DNA of 64,000 nucleotides from Amoebidium appalachense (Eukaryota > Protista > Ichthyosporea): NCBI GenBank assembly GCA_963693365.1, contig CAVNZM010000004.1, positions 5,644,564-5,708,563 on the forward strand, in the 5' to 3' direction. Positions 55,690 through 64,000 of this stretch are shown piece by piece (the stretch's first letter is position 1; every line of letters starts with the position of its first letter). Below the pieces are notes generated by a model. That model was not told the origin of the DNA, did not search any database, and was given only the letters and a program-made list of their open reading frames with translations. The translations under genes were made by a program, and so were the position numbers.

Positions 55690-56434
55690 GTTTTCTCCCC
55701 GGCATGGTCTCTTCCCGCCCATGCCAGCAAGGCAAGTGTGGAGCACACATGTGCCTTTGATCATAGGGTCAGCACGCACCACTCCCCGTGCTAGGGCTGG
55801 TAAAGGCGACGTTGACATAAGAATGATTAGTTTGTATATTTAGTTTGTAAACATGTTTTCTTTGCAGGAGAATTAAAAAGCCCCGTTGGATTGAAAATGT
55901 GTGTTGCGAGTGTGCTGTAACATTCGTAGTAGGAGTATGTTGTAGGCCTTGGTGTGTTTAATGTGTGTGCAGAGTTTCAGGCTGCTAGCATTTTTATTTA
56001 GGGAGCTGTAGCTGTTTTATGTTCTGTGGGATATGCCATATGGATAAATTGATGAATGTGAGTTATATCTAGTCCGAAATGTGCGGCAATTGATTTGGTC
56101 TTTGTGACCTAGGGGTTTTAACCACTTGTGAAGAAATTTCATTGGTTGATGTGCAGCAAAAATTCCATTTTGGTAGATTTCATGGATTTGATAGGTTCTA
56201 AGTCATTTCTTCATATTTCAATAGGCAAAAATGTGGGCCGCGATATATAATGAGCTTGCGCGGCCGCAGGGAGGTCAGTTGCGGCGCTACTGAGCGCGTT
56301 TAGGTCTCTTTGGGCCTAATGTTTTAGCTAAGTTTGTTGCCCACCCACCACACCCCTGCCTATTTAGGCACTAGGCTACGTTTTTTGAGCATGTTTCTGT
56401 ATGACATTTGTCATTCTTTTCATTGCTCCTGTGG
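55690..56434 (+). mobile_element. YR element 3' region: YR tail, B1 (55738-55823), A2-spacer, truncated
   Basis: B variant, then TATTTAGTTTG at 55837; fused at GTGG/GGCC to the minus-strand copy 3. Confidence 0.85.
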
Positions 56435-56644
56435 CCTACAACATTATACTACTACGCTGTACAGCACACTCGCAACACACAATTTCACTCCAACGGGGCT
56501 ATCTAATTCTCCTGCAAAGAAAACACGTTTACAAACTAAATATTCTTATGCCAACATCGTCTTTACCAGCCCCAGCAAGGGGATACATGAGCCGGTTCCT
56601 GTGGATCAATCTCACAAGCAGGCACAGGTGTGCTCCACCACTCC

Positions 56645-57501
56645 CTATCTGGCACGGGAAGGAACGAACCATGCCGTGGGTGACTGATGCAGCGCTGCAG
56701 CCCGGGCAAGGAGCGACGCAGGCACCCGAATAGAAAGAACAAGAGACTGGCCGGCCTGCACATACCGGCGGAGGGAGGCATGCAATCTCCACCGACCACG
56801 CAGAGCAATCGTCTCTACCGAAATACCCCTGACGTAGTCTCTCGAAGCATCACCATGGCGAAGCCTGTGAAGATGGAACCCATACTCGTTGAGGCCGAGG
56901 GAGTCACATGCCGCTTAGAACTTGGTATGCAGAACATCATACGAGAAAGGAAACAGCCACGCAGAAGGGGGGGCACCACGGAACCAGAAAGACAGGATGG
57001 CCAACAGCGACGGATCGGTGATGGGGACAAACTGATTTGGACCGGTCTTGGTGTCGGCCAGGCGGATGCCGCCTGTACCGGGTGGCATGATGTGGGGAAC
57101 GGGGTCGTCAGGCAAAACAAGATCCGAACGGGTGAGAATAAATAAGCAGCTCACTGACACGAAAAAAACACTCAAATCCGACCAAAACAGCAATACCAAA
57201 CAAGGGGCCAATTTTGGAATACAAATGATGGCCAATGACGAGGACCAATGAAAACGGAAGCGGGGGCATGGTCTTTGCTGGAACAAGCCGGTTCCAGCCC
57301 TGCAGGCTCCGTTGGGCGGCCTGCAGGTGTGGACCCAGGTGTGGCATGAAATGCTTGATGCCGGCAGCTGTGTTGACACAGCGCTGACGCTGGCCACTCA
57401 ATGGAACAATGGCATAACACCCCTCAAAATACTCCACCAGGAGGCCGTCCAGTTCGGCGGGGGACTTTGTGTTGGTGCCAGGGGGCAACCAATCCAGGAA
57501 C
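56645..57501 (-). pseudogene. Tyrosine recombinase (N-terminus deleted, disrupted)
   Basis: GFECFFRVSEL (catalytic R), LADTKTGPNQ (K), H..FRHG, GRW, RYVQ. Confidence 0.88.
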
Positions 57502-58890
57502 TCACCGACCTAATCGACGAAGCCCCAGGAGCAAGGCTTCTCCCTCCAGAATCTTGATATGGTCGGAGTGGCGCCAACGATGACTGATGTTGGTGGTCCA
57601 CCGGCCACCAACAGCTGCCAGGATAGGTGTCGGGGGGGCGGACGGGCTTGGCTCGTGCACAGGACCAGACAGCTGGCTGTAGTGGCCACGCCGGTTGCAG
57701 TGAGGCAGCACTTCGCGGAGAAGCATTGCTGGAAGCACCCGGGAGACCACTGCACCACCCAACAAGGAAGCATCAGTGCAGAACATGGTGCTAGCAAACC
57801 CAGAACGCAAATCACAATGCATCAAAGGGGCCAAAGCACACATCGCCTGAAGCTCCCACACCACGGGCGGGGGAAGGGGCTGTTCCCGACCCCCCAGCTG
57901 CTCCACAAAACTGTAGACGGCACTCAGAACCGACAAAAGCGGCCGCTGCAGCAGTGCCGCCCACACCCAACTACCAAGCAACTGCTGCAAACGGAGCTGC
58001 GTGACGACACCACGACGCAACACGGCCTGGGTTTCCGCCACCAGACGGCACAAGGAAGCGCCAGACGGACGTAATATCCCAGAGTGATGCATTTCCAGGC
58101 CTAGCAGCACCATAGAGGACGACGAACCAGCAGCCACATCCTTCTTGACATTGGAGGGAAGACCAGCCGGGCCGGTGACGCCATGATACGATTAACGCTG
58201 ACGATTGATGGCGGTGGCATCTGTGCCGACCCAGCCACAGTCGTCCACATACAGGGCATGCTGCGTGGCCTCCACAGGCCGCGGCACTATCGCACAGAGG
58301 CGCTCAATGCGGGGCATGCCAGCTCGGTCAGCCAACTGCCCATGGACGTCTTGAGCCACAAGCACAGAATGCACTCAGCCCATGGGCACGGTCTTGAGGG
58401 CCGGGTACACAAGCCGGTCGGGCCCAGAAATGCCAACAGCCTCTGAAGACACAGGCGGCAATCCGAAGTACCGCCACAGCCACTCCGGGGCAAGAAGACG
58501 ATGGAACTGGTTGTCCATGTCCGACTTGCCAAAATAGAGGCAATCCTCAGGCCCCAGCAACAGATCGGCAAAATCGGCAGGGTTGGGCAGGTGCACCTTG
58601 AGGGCAAGTTGATCACGGGCAAAGAACAGGTTGCCACGGCGGCCGTCAAAAATGACGCGGGCTCTGGTGTCTTTGGGGACCCCAAACAGCCCATTGATGG
58701 CCAGTGGTTTTTCCTTCGCCTCGAAATAGTGCACCAGGCCGCAGTCTTGAAGCCAAAGAAGCAGGGGACCGTATTCCCCACTGGGAACGTGATGCGCCGG
58801 TCGGATGCGGTGCAGCTCTGCAGGCGTCGGCGGAACAGGCTTGAGAAGGCCGCCGTCGCAGTTGGCCAAAAACGGCTGCAGCGTAGGAGA
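57502..58890 (-). pseudogene. Reverse transcriptase / RNase H (with stops)
   Basis: GLFGVPKDTRARVIFDGRRGN, KSDMDNQFHRL, VPMG*VHS, ALYVDD, TDAS, HIKILEGEA. Confidence 0.9.
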
Positions 58891-58929
58891 CAAAAACTGC
58901 AACACGTCCACTGTGGCTCCACTGCCGGC

Positions 58930-60628
58930 CACTGCCGGGACCGCGCCGAGCCCGGGTGACTTCAGCGAGGGTCTTGGCTTGACGAACAGCCCGGGTGGCC
59001 AAGGCAGGGGGCAGGGGCAGGCTGCGCGCAGGGAGCTCCTCAAACTGCTCTGCAACAGCCCAGTCCCCGTTGGACTGATCAGCAGTCTGCACAGCCAGCA
59101 GACGGCGCACACCAACTTCCACAGCAGGCGACTCCTTGCGGGCCTTAGGGTCGGCGGCCAGCAGCAGATCCAGTATACGGGCAAGCTTCAGAGCCTCCCG
59201 TTTGTTGCGGTAGCTGACCCAATCCGCCGCGTGGACAGCCGCAGTGACCGAGGCCTGGTCAGCCAAGGTGCTCTTGAGGTAGGAAGGGGCCAGACGTTCT
59301 TTGACGCGCAGGTTGACTTTGGCGCCGCTGGGGAGCAGATAACGGCTGGGGTTGGGTTTGGAACGGCCAGAGGAACGACGGCTGCGAGAGGAACGACCGT
59401 AGCCACTGCTGCTGGAATCAGAATCCTCACTCGACGATGGGGTGTCTTCACTGCCGGTGTCGTACGCATAGACAGGCTCCTTGCCCTTTGTCCGCGCAGA
59501 CAGCGTGCTCAGCAGGCCGCCGGCAAAGGGCTTCTTGGGGCGACCAGACTGGGCAACAGAGAGGGCTTGCACTTGGGCAGAAAGCGCCTGCAGCTGCTCT
59601 TGGACGTCTACACCGTCAGAACGCCGCTGGGGAGAGGGCGACCCAGGTTGGGGGGAGGCACGGCCGCTGCGAGGAGTGCGACAGAGCAAGTGCAGCTGGT
59701 CGGTGACTTTCCAATATTTAGTTTGTAAACGTGTTTTCTTTGCAGGAGAATTAGATAGCCCCGTTGGAGTGAAATTGTGTGTTGCGAGTGTGCTGTAACC
59801 TTCGTGGTAGTATAATGTTGTAGGCCATGGTGTGTTTGATGTGTGTGCAAAGTTTCAGGCTGCTAGCATTTTTATTTAGGGAGCTGTAGCTGTTTTTATG
59901 TTCTGTGGGATATGCCATATGGATATATTGATGAGTTTGAGTTATATCTAGTCCGAAATGGGCGGCAATCGATTTGGTCTTTATGATCTAGGGGTTTTAG
60001 CCACTTGTGAAAATTTTTCATTGGTTGATGTGCAGCAAAAATTCCATTTTGGTAGATTTCATGGATTTGATAGGTTCTAAGTCATTTCTTCATATTTCCA
60101 TGGAAATAGGCAAAAATGTGGGCCGCGGTCTATGATGAGCTTGCGCGGCCCCAGGGAGGTCAGTTGCGGCGCTACTGAGCCCGTTTAGGTCTCTTTAGGC
60201 CCAATCTTTTTTAGCTAAGTTTTTGCCCACCCACCACACCCTTTGCCTATTTAGGCACTAGGCTACGTTTTTTGAGCATGTTTCTTTATGACATTTGTCA
60301 TTCTTTTCATTGCTCCTGTGGAGCACACCTGTGCCTGCTTGTGAGATTGATCCACAGGCACCGGCTCATGTATCCCCTTGCTGGGGCTGGTAAAGACGAC
60401 GTTGGCATAAGAACCGACCATCTCAGGGTCATCAAAAGCCACCGAGCGCGCCTTGAGGGCTGAAACCACACTGTTGACGGTTTCTGCCGGCAGGCTGTTC
60501 CAGGGGAGGGCGTTGGACTGCAAAACGGCCAGACTTTTGAGACTTGCGTCGTCCGCATCGGTAGAGATCTCCAAAAGCTTCTCGAGGAGAGCGGCCCCCT
60601 TGGCGACCAGAGCAGGAGGAGGGGCCAT
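58930..60628 (-). pseudogene. Gag-like ORF1 interrupted by a solo A-B unit
   Basis: MAPPPALVAKG..FDDPEMVG | WKVTDQLHLLCRTPRS..RNKREALKLARILD..EVGVRRLLAVQTADQSNGDW; restored in frame when 59715-60413 is removed. Confidence 0.85.
59715..60413 (+). mobile_element. Solo A-spacer-B unit (699 bp) of the YR element
   Basis: TATTTAG..CATAAGAA; A 59715-60226, spacer 60227-60317, B 60318-60413; AA on both sides. Confidence 0.93.
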
Positions 60629-60873
60629 TGCAATGCTCACAAACCAGACTAGAGCACGAAAACTTGAAAACGAAGACTGGAAAATGCAAAAACGTGGGAA
60701 AACCGACACCGCAAAAAACGTCCGAAAACCAGCGAAAACGCAACGGCGCGCACGCAAAACTCTTACCAGATGCTGCCGAAGCTAAGCGCGCGCTCCTGGG
60801 CAAAAACAACTAGAGAAAAAACAAACAACAGCGCGAAAAACGGGGACTAGAGTTGCAAAAACTTAGCTAAAAA

Positions 60874-61070
60874 CAGGACGTGCCTTCAGGGCCTGCAGTT
60901 CACGCGCTCACGAAGTCGCTTACAAAAGAAAGGGCGGCTGTGATATTTAGTTTGTAAACGTGTTTTCTCCTGCAAAGAAAACACGTTTACAAACTAAATA
61001 TCACAGCCGCCCTTTCTTTTGTAGGCGACTTCGTGAGCGCGTGAACTGCAGGCCCTGAAGGCACGTCCTG
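60874..61070. repeat. 197-bp palindrome (95-bp arms, 7-nt spacer)
   Basis: 60874-60968 is the reverse complement of 60976-61070 with one mismatch. Confidence 0.95.
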
Positions 61071-61978
61071 ACGCGATGCCTTCCACCCACGCCCCACCCA
61101 CAGCCAATTTACCCCAACAGCCCACACCTATGGGCCCCGAGCAGCCCGTGCCTTCAGCCCCCACAAGGCCCACCTATGCAGGCGTTGCCACCCACCGCCC
61201 CGACCCAGGCACGAGGGGGTCCCCCCCGCTGTTATTGAGGAGGGTAGACGGCTCACCAGCCGGGACATCGGCCCTGCTAGGGGTCTTGCCAACTACATCG
61301 CCCACTAGAAAGCCATGCGTCCCGTGCCCCAGCGCAGATACCGTGCCCCACCCGTCACCACTAACCTACCCCCACAGCCTGGCGACAGACCGATTCCCAC
61401 CCCACGCCACGTGCGCCTATACTTCCGCTGGCTTGCAGGCCGGCGCCCACATCGAGATATGTGGAGCCCTTTACACGGCCTCCTCGCTTCAAGTGTTCCC
61501 TGATTGCGGGCTTCTCCTTTATCGGCTCCGACGTTGTTGAAATGTTTATCCGCTCCGACTACACACGTGGCTTTACGGGCAGGTTCTGTAACATCCCCAT
61601 GAGTAACATCACCCATCTACCCGAATAAGACCCGGCCTCAGCAGACAATCTAACACGCGTGAGTGCAGAGCGCGCTCAGACGGCCCAAGAGTTGTGTGCA
61701 AACAGATGCCGTGCCAACATCACCAAGGAGTTGGCGCACACCCAAGCGCTGAAGAGCAACGCCACCACAGACTCAGTCCCGCTGGGCAAAGCACGGGTCC
61801 GCCGAGACATGAACATGGAGATGTTCCAGAGAGTTACAGGGCGGGTTTGGGATCCTGTAGCCGACAAGTGGGCTAAGCCAACGGCCGGGGTCACCGCTGC
61901 ATCTGCCGGTATGCAACAATGTGGCCCCTCTCATTCTTTTTCTGGAACGTTCGTACACTAGGGGGTAGAAATTCGCCG

Positions 61979-62232
61979 GGTCAGTTGCGGCGCTACTGAG
62001 CGCGTTTAGGTCTCTTTAGGCCCAATTTTTTAGCTAAGTTTTTTGCCCACCCACCACACCCTTGCCTATTTAGGCACTAGGCTACGTTTTTTGAGCATGT
62101 TTCTGTATAACATTTGTCATTCTTTTCATTGCTCCTGTGGAGCACACCTGTGCCTGCTTGTGAGATTGATCCATAGGCACCGGCTCATGTATCCCCTTGC
62201 TGGGGCTGGTAAAGACGACGTTGGCATAAGAA
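61979..62232 (+). mobile_element. YR element 3' end (partial A, spacer, B2)
   Basis: Ends CATAAGAA, abutting LTR-element internal sequence. Confidence 0.88.
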
Positions 62233-63505
62233 AAGTCGTCCGCAGTCGCCCTTTCTTTTGTAAGCAGCTTCGTGAGCGCGCTTCGTATCTTCATATCCTT
62301 CAGTGCATGTCTGGATGGTGCCCCATCCTCTGCTTCTTTTGTAGGTGGCCCTACTGTAGGTTCTGTTCGTTGTGTGGAAAACCAAAACCATTCGTATTTG
62401 TGGAACTGCTTTGTGCTGTGCTTTCTTTCATGTTGGTGTTCATGAAGTTACCCCATTCACACACCTACTACTTTCATACATCAGACGTAAGTAGCTGCCT
62501 GGGGAGTGTGTGGTTCGTGTTCGTGGCATTCTTCTGTTCCTTCGTGAGAAGAATATTCGTTTAAGCCGAGGTGCCCAATAAGCAGCTTGTGGGGTTGTCT
62601 CCCGCCTTTGCCCATTGGTGGGGTGTGTACGTGCTAAAGGGTTACAGTGTCATGGGATTTTGCAAGGGAATAACATGGCCATCTCCGTGCCAGGGCCAAG
62701 GTCACATGATGGTTCAATGTGTTAAACAACAACACTATGCATTCGTTCGTATTCGTCTTCCACGTCACTTTCTTCAGTAGTGAAGGAGGGTATTCGTAAT
62801 TCGAAACTGAAAGGCTTCCAGCCAAAATACTGACACTGTAAGCTAGGGTTGTGAGGGACGGTGCCCATACCACATTCTTTTGTTCTGGTGGGGGTGTGCC
62901 GGCAGCTAGTGCAAGGCTTGACAGTGTAATTCGTATGTTACAGTATTGCCACAGACGGGCAATCACCTTAGATTTCGTACCCAACACCTTCTGTTTTTCA
63001 CATGCATGAACAAAAGTTCTGCATCTACTTTATTACAGCCTTCTGTGCACCAAGAGTGCAAGTTCGTTGGGGCATGGCACCAGGAAGGGCCATACATGAG
63101 GCATACGTTCGTAATGTGTTTAGCCTAAGGCACGCAGGCATACATTCGTAAGCATTTGTGCATCCTGTGCGCTAAACTATGGGCATGCTGTATTCGACAA
63201 GAGCAAGGGATTCAAAGCATGTATGCAACACTGCCTTCATAGCACCTACATGTTATAGCAACAGAGACTATTTTCTTCTTTAAGAGCATTCGTGCTGTGA
63301 GTGGCCGTGCATATAGTTGCGAGTGTGGACGTGCACGCGGTGGCATGGACACGATGACTGTGTGCAATAGCGTAATGCACGCAAGGGCAACAGTTTTCTT
63401 TTCTTTGTAACATAGAGGGGGCTGTGTGCATTGCAACCCAAGCAGTGTTGTGCATTCGTTCGTTTCATTTTCGTATTTTCCATTTCATTTTGCTTTTGTT
63501 TTTCG
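62233..63505 (-). mobile_element. Diverged fragment of the internal region of the non-autonomous LTR family
   Basis: Colinear with ~38973-40260 (e.g. GTCGCCCTTTCTTTTGTAAGC, ITLSSLALAAGTPPPEQKNVVWAP). Confidence 0.9.
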
Positions 63506-63863
63506 AAGTCATTTCTTCATATTTCCATAGGCAAAAATGTGGGCCGCGCTATATAATGAGCTTGCGCGGCCCCAGGGAGGTCAGTTGCGGCGCTACTGAG
63601 CGCGTTTATGTCTCTTTAGGCCCAATTTTTTAGCTAAGTTTTTGCCCACCCTCCACACCCTTTGCCTCTTTAGGCACTAGGCTACGTTTTTTGAGCATGT
63701 TTCTGTATGACATTTGTCATTCTTTTCATTGCTCCTGTGGAGCACACCTGTGCCTGCTTGAAAGATTGATCTTTAGGCCTGTGCCTGCTTGTGAGATTGA
63801 TCCACAGGCACCGGCTCATGTATCCCCTTGCTGGGGCTGGTAAAGACGACGTTGGCATAAGAA
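63506..63863 (+). mobile_element. YR element 3' end (partial A, spacer, B2 with internal duplication)
   Basis: Ends CATAAGAA at 63863. Confidence 0.88.
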
Positions 63864-64000
63864 GAACACTCAAATCCAAGCAAAACAGCAATGTCAAACA
63901 ATGGGCCAATTCTGGAATACAAATGATGGCCAATGACGAGGACCAATGAAAACGGAAGCGGGGGCGTGGTCTTTGCTGGAACAAGCCGGTTCCAGCCCTG
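63864..64000 (-). pseudogene. YR gene fragment of a further copy (continues beyond the window)
   Basis: Homologous to ~57165-57302. Confidence 0.85.

Larger units (their letters stand above)
56433..61000 (-). mobile_element. YR retrotransposon copy 3 (most complete: A1, gag, RT/RH, YR, B1, partial A2)
   Basis: A1 start at 61000, A1 end motif at 60873-60855, gag ATG 60628, RT/RH ~58890-57502, YR 57501-56645, B1 ~56638-56543, A2 56542-56433. Confidence 0.92.

Noticed and set aside
55824-55836. 13-bp spacing suggesting fixed-distance insertion next to a B end
   Set aside because: Equally explained as a diverged tandem duplicate of the first 13 nt of the A repeat
58805-59728. Long antisense ORFs over gag, RPB4 and ADE2
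   Set aside because: Shadow frames of GC-rich coding sequence

Overview
Eukaryotic genomic DNA, probably a unicellular opisthokont (inference from NDFIP/Bsd2 and RCAN together with a fungal/plant-type ADE2 fusion). Bases 1 to ~30 kb are a microsatellite- and poly-G-rich gene region. It holds spliced genes for calcipressin/RCAN, a tandem ADF-H (coactosin-like) protein, an orphan coiled-coil protein, NDFIP and ADE2, an intronless RPB4, and MITE-like inserts. From 35.2 kb to the end there is a continuous nest of retroelements. It is dominated by a tyrosine-recombinase (YR) retrotransposon (gag, RT/RNase H, YR) with split direct repeats A1-ORFs-B1-A2-spacer-B2. This element inserts into itself at AA dinucleotides, leaves ~700-bp solo A-B units, and has a B repeat with a fold conserved across three subfamilies. 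One copy is interrupted on either side of its RT YVDD motif by a young non-autonomous LTR element and an intact chromovirus. The chromovirus gag and pol are in one frame separated by a single UGA-CGG (likely readthrough), and it lacks a tRNA PBS. All calls were made by eye from the sequence and ORF track; no database searches were run.
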